A stretch of DNA of 63,757 bases, the filler included. It is 6 parts of 6 records of this genome, joined end to end, with 100 filler letters (N's around TTAATTAATTAA, not from the genome) between each part and the next. Parts side by side here need not be neighbours in the genome. Positions count along the whole stretch, not along the records: positions 36,715 to 51,331 come from SRR20825010_1500; positions 51,432 to 60,336 come from SRR20825010_1504; 4 more parts are not named here. One strand, written 5' to 3'. Positions 49,470 through 59,121 of this stretch are shown in pieces. Positions within the stretch are counted from its first letter, which is position 1; every line of letters starts with the position of its first letter. The notes below the pieces were generated by a model, which was given only the letters and a program-made list of their open reading frames with translations, was not told where the DNA came from and did no database searches. A program made the position numbers and the translations under genes.

Positions 49470-51331
49470 TCGGCAAGGCCGCAAAACGCGGACCCGCCAG
49501 AACAAAGCCAAAGCCCAAGGCAACGCGATCCAAGTCGATACGCAACACGCCGCCACCAAGGGCCCGTTGGAGGTTCCCTGTGAGGATACCCAATCCACTT
49601 GACTGGCTGCCTGCAAGCGTACGGGACTTCGTTGCGCGGCGCATCGAAGAAGCTTTCGGTGCGGGCCTGATCGCATTGGGGCTCTTTGCGCTTGTGGCAT
49701 TGATAAGCTGGCATCGCACAGACCCGAGTTGGAACAATTCAACCAGCACAAACTTCGTAGAAAACTGGGCGGGAATTCCCGGCGCCTTTGTTTCCGATAT
49801 TCTGTTCCAGACACTCGGTCTGGCAAGTCTCGTGCTCATTCTGACACCTGTGGTTTGGGGTGCCCGCCTATTCATGCACCAGCCGCCAAATTGGCTTGTG
49901 CGCCGCGTTGCAGCCTGGCTCATGGCGACACTTGTGGCAGCTGCACTGTTCGCTACATTTCCGATCGCAAAATTCTGGGCACTCGCGCCCCGAGTGGGCT
50001 TTGGCGGTGTGCTGGGCGACATATTAGCGGGTTTCGGACAAAGCTTGCTCGCCAACCTAACCGGACGCGGATTTGCCTTTGCTTTAACGGCACTCATCAC
50101 TGCTCCCTTAGCAGGGTGGCTCACTCTTTTTGCCGCCGACCTTACCCTTGGCGATATTCGTCAATCAGCCCAGCGTCTACGGGATTGGCGGCAGGGCGAT
50201 GAAGACGACGAACTTGATGCTGACGCACTCAGCTATCCACTACGCCGCCGCCGCCGCAACGCCGAAGAAGATGAAGAAAACGAAACGCCTACACCTGCAG
50301 TTCGTCGCAGGAAAAACAGATCTACACCGGAGCGCCCGCATCGCCCCGATGTGGAACCGAGCCGTTTGCGCGTCGCGCTTTGGACTGTTGGCGACAGCCT
50401 GACGGACTTACGCGACCGCGCTCTGCGTCGCGGCGATTATGCAGCACTGTCACCTGAAGAGATCGCCGCCGCCCGTTTCGGCGACGGCTTCGGCAAACGC
50501 GGTGCAACAAACGATTACGAGGAAGATTGGGACGAGGATAGCGACGATAATTATGATGATGAAGACGTCGCGGAAGACGATGACGATCTGTTGGAAGCAA
50601 TGCGCGACGCGCGACGCGAACCCCGCATTGACGGTCGCTCCGGTCCACGTATTTCACGTCCTGCTCCCAAGTCAAAAGCATCCAAACGGGCTGCTAGCGA
50701 AGCACAACCACGCCTAGCGCTGGAACCAGCAGCAGACTACCAATTGCCGCCACTCAACCTTCTGGCCAAACCCAAAGCCCCAGCCGTCGAAGCAATAGAC
50801 GACGAAAGTTTCGAACAGAACGCGCGACTGCTGGAAAGTGTGCTTGATGATTTCGGCATTCGCGGCGAGATCATCAATGTGCGACCGGGTCCCGTCGTCA
50901 CGCTTTATGAGCTCGAACCTGCAGCCGGTATCAAATCATCCCGCGTCATCGCCCTTGCTGACGACATCGCGCGCTCTATGAGTGCTGTCTCCGCTCGCGT
51001 CGCCGTGGTTCCCGGTCGCAATGTAATCGGCATTGAACTTCCCAATGCACGCCGGGAAATGGTCTATCTACGCGAACTACTGGAAACCGGAGAATATGAA
51101 AGCTCCTCCCAGAAACTGGCGCTCGCGCTTGGCAAGAATATCGGTGGCGATCCGGTAATTTCCGATCTAGCACGCATGCCCCATCTGCTGATTGCCGGCA
51201 CAACCGGCTCTGGTAAGTCGGTCGGCATCAACACAATGATCCTCTCGATCCTCTACCGACTCTCGCCCGAGCAATGCAAGCTCATCATGATCGACCCCAA
51301 AATGCTGGAACTCTCCGTCTATGACGGCATC
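49466..51331 (+). CDS. ftsK: DNA translocase FtsK, 3' truncated
   Basis: N-terminal TM domain, linker, [41 protein letters not shown]. Confidence 0.95.
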
Positions 51332-51431
51332 NNNNNNNNNNNNNNNNNNNNNNNNNNNNNNNNNNNNNNNNNNNNTTAATTAATTAANNNNNNNNNNNNN
51401 NNNNNNNNNNNNNNNNNNNNNNNNNNNNNNN
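51332..51431. other. Artificial contig spacer
   Basis: N block with TTAATTAATTAA. Confidence 0.98.
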
Positions 51432-52745
51432 GACCTCCCCCCGGCCCCCTCCCAAGGAGGGGGAGTTTAGTACCGTCTCAATTTTTGAAATTACCTCATC
51501 AATATTGTTGAGTACTTCATCATTGGTAAACCTTATTACGGTATAGCCTTTTTTCTGCTCCAACAACAATTGTCTTTCCGCATCCTCGTTCAATTGATAT
51601 TGGTGAATTTCTCCATCAACCTCCACGATCAATTCCTTTTCAAGGCAAACGAAATCAACTATATACCTAGAAATTGGATGCTGTCTCCTAAATTTCGAAT
51701 TCAAATTTCTATTTCTTAGAGCTTCCCATAGCAGAGCTTCAGCCTTTGTGGGATTCTTACGCATTTCTTGAGCCCTTTCCAATAAAACTCCGTAAATGTC
51801 AGAATCGGCCGTATGAAATTTTGGTGAAGACGAATCCGCCCCCCCTCCTTGGGAGGGGGCCGGGGGGAGGACCCTAAACGTAACTTCTGCCCCTTCGGAC
51901 CTGCCTATCCAATTGGTTTGGGAGTCCTTTAAGGGCTGTGGCCAATCTACCATAGCCAAATCGTCCAACAACCTCTGGGCATAGGCGGAGATACGCATAC
52001 TCCACTGGGTCATTTTTTTACGTATAACAGGATGGCCCCCTCGCTCGGAAACTCCATTGACAATCTCGTCGTTTGCCAAAACCGTACCCAAGGCCGGACA
52101 CCAATTCACTTCGGTCTCCGCCAAATACGTTAACCTATATTGCAATAAAACTTCCTGTTGTTCCTTTATTGTAAAGGCTTTCCAATCGGCTGCCGAAAAT
52201 AGGGTTACATCTTCATCACAAACAGCATTTACACTTTGGTTGCCCTCTTTTTCAAAAATAGCGATCAGACTGGAAATATCTTCGGCCTTATCGTTGTCCT
52301 TATTGTACCAGGAATTAAAAAGTTGGATAAATATCCACTGTGTCCATTTGTAATAATTGGGATCGGAGGTACGTACTTCCCGGCTCCAATCAAAAGAAAA
52401 GCCAATTTTATCCAACTGCTCCCTATATCTGTTGATATTGGCCTCTGTGGTAATGGCAGGATGCTGTCCTGTCTGAATGGCATATTGCTCCGCAGGAAGT
52501 CCAAAAGAATCGTACCCCATAGGGTGCAGTACATTAAATCCTTTGTGCCTCTTATAACGAGCATAAATATCGCTGGCTATATAGCCCAAGGGATGCCCTA
52601 CATGCAAACCGGCACCTGAAGGATAGGGAAACATATCCAGTACATAAAACTTTTCCTTTTGGGAATCATTTTCTGCTTTAAAAGTTTGGTTTTCAGCCCA
52701 AAATTTCTGCCACTTTTCTTCAATCTTCCTGAAATCGTAAGTCAT
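51432..52745 (-). CDS. leuS: Leucine--tRNA ligase (N-terminal part) carrying an in-frame DUF559 endonuclease insertion; 3' truncated
   Basis: [14 protein letters not shown] (HIGH), [42 protein letters not shown], then about 146 foreign residues. Confidence 0.96.
51434..51463 (+). repeat. REP-like palindromic repeat, copy 1 (CCTCCCCCCGGCCCCCTCCCAAGGAGGGGG)
   Basis: Exact reverse complement of 51841-51870; internal hairpin CCCCCTCC-CAA-GGAGGGGG. Confidence 0.92.
51841..51870 (-). repeat. REP-like palindromic repeat, copy 2 (inverted)
   Basis: CCCCCTCCTTGGGAGGGGGCCGGGGGGAGG, a 30/30 match to the reverse complement of copy 1. Confidence 0.92.
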
Positions 52746-52809
52746 CCTATATTGTTTGTCTTTAAATCCGGCGCACTAAGGGTACACACTCCATTTATTT
52801 AATGCAGGG

Positions 52810-52838
52810 CAAAAATAAGTTTAATCTATGAAAGCAAA
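52810..52838 (-). promoter_or_regulatory. Bacteroidetes sigma70 promoter for leuS (TTTG-N17-TATTTTTG)
   Basis: -7 TATTTTTG at 52817-52810 and TTTG at 52838-52835. Confidence 0.55.
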
Positions 52839-53098
52839 AAGATATTATCTACTTACCTACCAAAGCAAAAGTGATACATTGATCGTATCATATAAACCAC
52901 CCCTAAAGACAGCAGCATTAAACTTTTGTACATGGAATTTTCATTGCCCTACTATTGGCAAGGACAAAAATTGCAATTGAATTTCCCAAACACTGAAATT
53001 TCGTTGGACAACACTTTATATTGAAATTGATTATGAAACAAGCCTCAACCATTTCTAATTCAATTTACTTTCCTATTTTTACATATTGATTTTCAACT

Positions 53099-53977
53099 AT
53101 GAGTACATCTTTTGAACGTTTTCAAAAAAGAAAGCTTATCTCCTCTTATTTTTCAGTGGTCCTAAGTATTGGCTTGGTACTTTTTCTATTGGGTATATTG
53201 GGACTTTTAGTGCTGAATACCAAGAAACTGGCCGATCATTTTAAAGAACAGATCACTATATCCGTATTTCTTAAGGACAATGCCAAAGAAGTAGAGGTTG
53301 ACCAATTGCAAAAAAGCTTGGCCATGGCAGAATATACCAAAAAAGCCACCTATGTTTCCAAGGAACAGGCAGCAGAACAGCACAGTGAGGAAATTGGAGA
53401 GAATTTTTTGGATTTCTTGGGGTATAACCCACTTAAGAACTCCATAGATGTGCAACTTAAGGCCGATTATGTTTCTACAGAGAAGATTGCCGAAATAGCA
53501 GAGGAGATTTCCAGTAGGGACTATATTGAAGAAGTAAGCTACGACAAACCTTTGATTACACTGTTAAACGATAATGTAAAAAAAATTAGTTTCTGGATAC
53601 TGGTCGCCAGTGGTGTTTTTACTTTTATCGCGGTCTTATTGATCAACAGTTCCATCCGACTTTCCATTTACTCCAAGCGCTTTATCATAAAAACCATGCA
53701 AATGGTTGGGGCCACTAAGACTTTTATACGCAGACCCTTTATTTGGACCAACATTAAACTGGGGGTTCTTGGAGCGGTCATAGCCTTAATTGCACTAGGC
53801 TTTGTAATATATTATGTAGATATAAATTTTCCGGAGCTCAACCTTTTTCAAGACCCGACAATTTTGGTATTTCTTTTTGCAAGTGTCTTCTTTTTAGGGG
53901 TCTTGATTTCCTTTATTAGCACATTTTTTGCAACACAACGTTTCTTAAATCTTAGAACAGACGATTTATATTATTAA
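53099..53977 (+). CDS. ftsX: Cell division permease FtsX
   Basis: YVSKE.A, NPL..S, INSSIRLSIYSKRFIIKTMQMVGAT..FIRRPF; four TM helices. Confidence 0.92.
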   Translation: MSTSFERFQKRKLISSYFSVVLSIGLVLFLLGILGLLVLNTKKLADHFKEQITISVFLKDNAKEVEVDQLQKSLAMAEYTKKATYVSKEQAAEQHSEEIGENFLDFLGYNPLKNSIDVQLKADYVSTEKIAEIAEEISSRDYIEEVSYDKPLITLLNDNVKKISFWILVASGVFTFIAVLLINSSIRLSIYSKRFIIKTMQMVGATKTFIRRPFIWTNIKLGVLGAVIALIALGFVIYYVDINFPELNLFQDPTILVFLFASVFFLGVLISFISTFFATQRFLNLRTDDLYY

Positions 53978-53986
53978 CTTTGCGGC

Positions 53987-54253
53987 ATGAGTAAAAAACA
54001 AAATAATAATCAACCACAAAAGCCTAGACAGGAATTTATTTTTCAGAAGAAAAATTACCTTTTTATGTTTATTGGTTTGGCATTGATTAGCCTAGGATTT
54101 ATCCTTATGAGCGGTGGCGGAAGTGACGATCCCAATGTTTTTAATCCTGAGATTTATAATTTCAGAAGAATACGCTTGGCCCCTACATTGGTGTTGATAG
54201 GCCTGGGAATAGAAGTTTACGCCATTCTGTTGAATCCGCATAAGAAGAAATAA
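53987..54253 (+). CDS. DUF3098-family small membrane protein
   Basis: F.KKNY..M.IG...I.LGF.LM.GGGS.DP..FN..I..FRRI.LAP; between ftsX and uppP. Confidence 0.85.
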   Translation: MSKKQNNNQPQKPRQEFIFQKKNYLFMFIGLALISLGFILMSGGGSDDPNVFNPEIYNFRRIRLAPTLVLIGLGIEVYAILLNPHKKK

Positions 54254-54256
54254 ATT

Positions 54257-55042
54257 TTGGACATATTTGAGGCTATTTTACTTGCCATTATTGAAGGCAT
54301 AACCGAGTATTTACCGGTTTCTTCAACTGGACACATGATTATTACATCTTCCTTTTTTGGTATTGCACAGGAAGATTTCACCAAATTATTTACTATCGTT
54401 ATCCAATTGGGCACCATACTTTCTGTTGTGGTACTGTACTTTAAGCGATTCTTCCAAAGCATCGATTTTTATTATAAGCTATTGGTCGCTTTTATTCCTG
54501 CGGTGGTCTTGGGCCTGCTCTTGAGTGACGTAATCGATGCCTTACTGGAAAGTCCGCTTGTAGTGGCCATTTCCTTGGTAATAGGAGGTTTTATTCTCCT
54601 AAAGGTGGATGACTGGTTTGGAAATTCTGAGAACACCGATATTTCATATGCTACGGCTTTTAAAATTGGACTCTTCCAGTGTTTGGCAATGATTCCGGGT
54701 GTTTCCAGAAGTGGTGCCAGTATTGTTGGAGGTATGACCCAAAAACTATCCAGGACTGCAGCGGCAGAATTTTCATTCTTTCTGGCCTTGCCCACCATGT
54801 TTGGGGCTACCCTTAAAAAGAGTTATGACTATTACGATGCCGGCTTTACCCTTACCTCCGAACAAATAAACCTATTGATTATAGGAAACGTAGTTGGTTT
54901 TATAGTGGCCCTTTTCGCAATTAAGACCTTTATTGGGTATTTGAGCAAACACGGCTTTAAGATATTTGGCTACTACAGAATAGTAGTAGGCATCGCAATC
55001 ATTGTCATACATTATTTTATAAGTCCGTTAACGGTAATGTAA
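54257..55042 (+). CDS. uppP: Undecaprenyl-diphosphate phosphatase
   Basis: [44 protein letters not shown]. Confidence 0.96.
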   Translation: MDIFEAILLAIIEGITEYLPVSSTGHMIITSSFFGIAQEDFTKLFTIVIQLGTILSVVVLYFKRFFQSIDFYYKLLVAFIPAVVLGLLLSDVIDALLESPLVVAISLVIGGFILLKVDDWFGNSENTDISYATAFKIGLFQCLAMIPGVSRSGASIVGGMTQKLSRTAAAEFSFFLALPTMFGATLKKSYDYYDAGFTLTSEQINLLIIGNVVGFIVALFAIKTFIGYLSKHGFKIFGYYRIVVGIAIIVIHYFISPLTVM

Positions 55043-55737
55043 TGACAAAGGAAGACTTTTTAGAGGGGCAGGTATTATTGATAGACAAACCGCTTGGTTG
55101 GTCATCTTTCCAAGCTGTCAATTCCTTAAAATGGAAAATCAGAAAGAAATTTCAACTTAAAAAAATTAAGATAGGCCATGCCGGGACCTTGGATCCGTTG
55201 GCGACCGGATTATTACTCATCTGTACAGGAAAAGCCACTAAAACCATAAACGAACTACAAGGTCAGGAAAAAGAATACACGGGAACTATTACCCTTGGCG
55301 GCACAACCCCGTCCTATGATCTGGAAACGGAAATAAACGAAAACTTTCCCATAGATCATATTACCAATGAACTGATCCACAGTACTACTGCCCAATTTAT
55401 TGGGAACATAGAACAAATTCCACCCGTTTTCTCGGCTCTAAAAAAAGACGGCAAAAGACTTTACGAGTACGCCAGGGAAGGTAAGGAAGTAGAGATAAAA
55501 AAAAGAGGGGTCACCATCACAGAATTTGAAATTACCTATATAGAACTGCCAATGGTACAGTTTAGGGTGGCCTGCAGTAAAGGCACCTATATTAGATCTT
55601 TGGCGCATGATTTTGGAAAAGCACTACAATCCGGAGCGCATTTATCCTCGTTGAAAAGAACCAAAATAGGGGATTACAACGTAAATAAAGCCATAACCCC
55701 CGAGGAATTTGGTAAATTACTGCAAATCGACAGTTAA
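55042..55737 (+). CDS. truB: tRNA pseudouridine(55) synthase
   Basis: IDKP.GWSSF, GHAGTLDPLATGLL, PP.FSALK.DGKRLYE.AR, CSKGTYIRSLA.D. Confidence 0.97.
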   Translation: MTKEDFLEGQVLLIDKPLGWSSFQAVNSLKWKIRKKFQLKKIKIGHAGTLDPLATGLLLICTGKATKTINELQGQEKEYTGTITLGGTTPSYDLETEINENFPIDHITNELIHSTTAQFIGNIEQIPPVFSALKKDGKRLYEYAREGKEVEIKKRGVTITEFEITYIELPMVQFRVACSKGTYIRSLAHDFGKALQSGAHLSSLKRTKIGDYNVNKAITPEEFGKLLQIDS

Positions 55738-55814
55738 ACTTCGATATAACAAGTGGTAACCTAACCGTTCGTCGATAATTTGAAATATTTTTGATAAAAC
55801 GTGGTTATATCACT

Positions 55815-56552
55815 ATGAATTTAAACCGTAAACAACTTTCTTTCTTAATAACATTCTTTTCCATGGCCTTGGTGGTGTTGGGTTTATACAACATCCATTT
55901 GGGACAGGAAGAAAAAGAAGAGTATGTTATTGAATTAAGTTTGTTGGAAGAGGAGGAGCTGGAAAAGCCAATTGAAGAAGAATTAAAGGAAATGGAAGAA
56001 ATGGCCAAGGCAGATCCCGTTAAAAGTCATATGGCCTATAATGAGGCCAATAAACCAAGTTTCGGCAATCCTGAACCACTCAAAACATTGGAGGAAATAT
56101 TGGAAGAACAAGAGCTGTCCTCCGATAGTGATGATCCTACGGACTATCTTAGCTCCGACTCAGAATATGCCGCAAGAGTAAAGGAATTGGCCAAGAGAAG
56201 AAGGGAAAAACAAGAACTATTGGGAGAAAAGGAAGCTAGTAAGGAAGTAATGACCAACAATTTGGCCAAAAGAAGAACTTCTATTTCCTACTCCTTGGTG
56301 GACAGAAGGCATACCAGTCTTCCCATACCCATTTACACCTGTATAGAAGGGGGTAAAGTAGTCATTAATATTAAGGTCGACCCATTAGGAAAGGTCATTG
56401 AGGCCGATGTAAACAAAAAAAGTTCCAGTACCCTGAATGGCTGTCTTGTGGATAACGCCATTGAATACGCCTTAAAATCCAAATTTAATACTGGAGAAAA
56501 GGCTGAACAAATGGGCACCATTACCTATCTATTCCAAGAAAAGCAAAGATAA
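55815..56552 (+). CDS. TonB-like energy transducer family protein
   Basis: N-terminal TM, acidic linker, C-terminal P.Y.C..GGKVV.NI.V...G.V..A...A...A.K.KF...Q.GTITY.F. Confidence 0.7.
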   Translation: MNLNRKQLSFLITFFSMALVVLGLYNIHLGQEEKEEYVIELSLLEEEELEKPIEEELKEMEEMAKADPVKSHMAYNEANKPSFGNPEPLKTLEEILEEQELSSDSDDPTDYLSSDSEYAARVKELAKRRREKQELLGEKEASKEVMTNNLAKRRTSISYSLVDRRHTSLPIPIYTCIEGGKVVINIKVDPLGKVIEADVNKKSSSTLNGCLVDNAIEYALKSKFNTGEKAEQMGTITYLFQEKQR

Positions 56553-57152
56553 AAGGTCGCTCACGGTATTTTGTCCCTTATCCTTATTATACCAGAGCTG
56601 TAGATCCTGTTTAAATTCTGCCGTCAACTTCCCGTGCTTACTTTTGTAGTCCTGCACCATTTTGGCAGCAATGGAGGGCCGGGAACCCCATTCCCCAATA
56701 ACCTTGCCCGTAGTATCATCAATGGAAATCAGTTTTGGAATGGCCATAGCCCCATTGGACAAAAACTGCTCCATTAGGTCCAGATTTTCATCGCGCAATA
56801 CAAGTCGTAACGAAATATTCTTATTTAAATCCGTAATCTTATTCATTACAGGTAGTGTCTGGGCAGCATCGCCACACCAACTCTCAGTAAGCACCAACCA
56901 GGTGGTTTTTTTAACTATCCCTTTTATTTTGGCCTCGGAATCAGCATCAATCTTAATGGTTTTGTCCAAACGTTTCATTCGTTGATCGTTGAGACGTGTA
57001 AAATCATTATGTTCCTGACTTTCTATTGATCCAGTGGATTTTCCCTCCAAAGCCAAATTGGACACCATTAACCTGTAATCTAAATAAGCCATGGAAGAGT
57101 TTATACCCTCCCGAACCAATTGTTGTTTTGTTTTCCGTATTGTTTCTTCCAT
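56529..57152 (-). CDS. Thioredoxin family protein (WCGD type)
   Basis: TESWCGDA, RDEN..LM..FL.NG..AIPKLI, WG.RP; TAATTTTG -7 element at 57182-57175. Confidence 0.85.
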   Translation of the reverse strand: MEETIRKTKQQLVREGINSSMAYLDYRLMVSNLALEGKSTGSIESQEHNDFTRLNDQRMKRLDKTIKIDADSEAKIKGIVKKTTWLVLTESWCGDAAQTLPVMNKITDLNKNISLRLVLRDENLDLMEQFLSNGAMAIPKLISIDDTTGKVIGEWGSRPSIAAKMVQDYKSKHGKLTAEFKQDLQLWYNKDKGQNTVSDLLSLLFLE

Positions 57153-57271
57153 AAAATGTAAAAACTATTTGCTCCAAAATTAGCCCTTCCCAAGGCAGCA
57201 TTTGGTAACAATAGTTACATTGGTAGTATTACCCAAGCAATACTTACATATACAAATGGTAAAGGGAAATA

Positions 57272-58207
57272 TTAGTGGTTCAAAGCCCGTTTTTTGATCA
57301 TCCCACCTTTAGTGTCATTTATACTATTCATGACAACAAAAGCGTTTGGGTCTATCTTTTCCAGTTCGGTGTTTAATTTACTAATCTCCAATCTGGTAAT
57401 TACGGCATAAATAATGTCGTACTCATTGTGGACACCACTCTTGCCGTAACCGCCATGACCCTTATAAATTGTAAGGCCCCTTCCCAGTTTTTCCGTAATC
57501 ATTAGTCTAATCTCCTCACTACGGGCAGAAATGATTGTGACCCCAGTGTACTCCTCGATCCCATCCACCACGAAATCCAAAGTTTTCGAAGCCGATAAAT
57601 AGGTCAACATGGAATAAAGGGCTGTCTCCAAAGAAAGGAAATAGGCAGCCGCCAAGAATATTATAATATTTATTACAATAATATTATCCCCAATTTTGGT
57701 CCTTAATTTCCTGCTCAGATAAATGGCCAGTACTTCAGTGCCATCCAAGACACCACCTCCCCTAATAGAAAGACCTATTCCGGCCCCCAGGAAGAAACCT
57801 CCAAAAACCGCTACCAACAGTTTGTCCTCTGTCACTTCCGGGAAGTGTACCGTGGCCAATACTATGGCCAGACCAATAATTGCCAAAGAGGCCTTGATGG
57901 CAAATTGTTTGCCTATCACCTTAAAACCAAGAAATATAAATGGAATATTAACAAGAATAATCAATATGTATAAGGGTATTGACGAGATTTCGGAGATCAA
58001 AAGTGAAATTCCCGTTGCCCCACCATCAATAAAGCTATTGGGCAATAGAAAACTCTCCAAACCAAAGGCTGCAGAAAAAATCCCCGCAATTATAAACAGG
58101 GCATCATGTATGTCCGCAAAAATCCCAACCCTAAACCTCCGGGATTTCTTCCAATAGGAATAGAGGTTGGATCTAAAGTCATGACTCTTTTTCTTTTTAT
58201 CGGGCAT
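57272..58207 (-). CDS. YitT-family membrane protein (with DUF2179 C-terminus)
   Basis: FLLPN.FIDGG.TGIS, NIPF, GG.LDGTE.LA, RG.T...G.GGY, IDP.AF. Confidence 0.9.
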   Translation of the reverse strand: MPDKKKKSHDFRSNLYSYWKKSRRFRVGIFADIHDALFIIAGIFSAAFGLESFLLPNSFIDGGATGISLLISEISSIPLYILIILVNIPFIFLGFKVIGKQFAIKASLAIIGLAIVLATVHFPEVTEDKLLVAVFGGFFLGAGIGLSIRGGGVLDGTEVLAIYLSRKLRTKIGDNIIVINIIIFLAAAYFLSLETALYSMLTYLSASKTLDFVVDGIEEYTGVTIISARSEEIRLMITEKLGRGLTIYKGHGGYGKSGVHNEYDIIYAVITRLEISKLNTELEKIDPNAFVVMNSINDTKGGMIKKRALNH

Positions 58208-58447
58208 ATTCTAAAATTAAAATAAGATTTATTAAAAACAAAGACAGATTATCAAGCTGCCTTCCATAAAAAATTCAATGTTTTAAAAGAAAACAAACTG
58301 CGTAATTACTGCGCTGTGAAATTAGAAAATCAAATTTTAATAATGGAGATCCCTTGGGTCATAAATGAATTTAATTTGCACCCCACTGATTCTCCCACAT
58401 GGTTATGCTACCAATATACTATCTTTACCAAGCGATTATAACTTCCC

Positions 58448-58960
58448 ATGAAAAATCTGTTCCAAATACTTATAAGCCTTTTTTGCCTTTGCGCAATGCG
58501 CGGTCAAAGTGAGATAGACCAAGCTTTAAGGAAGTTCAACAATAAGAGCGTGCCTTATATAACAGCGGAAAACTTAAGGGGAAATACCCCGTTTCTGCTC
58601 TTGGACACCAGAGAAAAAGAGGAATTTGAGGTAAGCCATTTGGCAAAGGCCGTATGGGTGGGCAATAGGAATCCTGATGTGGACAAAATAACATCGATTG
58701 TTCCCAACAAAAATAAGCCTATCGTTGTCTATTGTTCCATAGGGGTTCGATCTGAAAAAGTTGGGGAAAAGCTTTTAAAAAAAGGCTATACCGAAGTCTA
58801 CAACCTTTATGGCGGTATTTTTGAATGGAAAAATAAGGGTTTTCCCGTTTATGATTCCATAGGACATGAAACGGATAGGGTGCATGCCTATAACAGGCAT
58901 TGGGGCAAAATGTTGAACAATGCCACTAAAGTTTATGGACACAGAAAACACAACAACTAA
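58448..58960 (+). CDS. Rhodanese-like domain protein (secreted)
   Basis: LLDTRE.EEF.VSHL..A, VVYCSIGVRS, NLYGGIFEW. Confidence 0.9.
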   Translation: MKNLFQILISLFCLCAMRGQSEIDQALRKFNNKSVPYITAENLRGNTPFLLLDTREKEEFEVSHLAKAVWVGNRNPDVDKITSIVPNKNKPIVVYCSIGVRSEKVGEKLLKKGYTEVYNLYGGIFEWKNKGFPVYDSIGHETDRVHAYNRHWGKMLNNATKVYGHRKHNN

Positions 58961-59121
58961 AAACCGATAATGACTAAAGGCATTAATCGGGCCTAGAGGG
59001 TAGGAAAAGGGCATATCCCATCAAATTCTCAATTTCCAACCTATAATTAAGTAATGAACACCAACCCATAACGACCATTAAGTTCAAGTCCATTATATTA
59101 AAGAGATATTCGATAGTCAAA

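Larger units (their letters stand above)
51434..51870 (-). mobile_element. Putative inverted-repeat-bounded DUF559 nuclease element inserted in frame in leuS
   Basis: Perfect 30-bp terminal inverted repeats enclosing a DUF559 coding segment ([45 protein letters not shown]). Confidence 0.7.

Noticed and set aside
51434-51870. Intein or self-splicing intron in leuS
   Set aside because: No intein N-terminal block, TxxH motif or C-terminal His-Asn is visible. The nuclease fills nearly the whole insert, leaving no room for a splicing domain or ribozyme core.
51434-51870. Classical IS element
   Set aside because: No DDE or HUH transposase motifs; a target-site duplication cannot be assessed because the contig ends 2 nt beyond the repeat.
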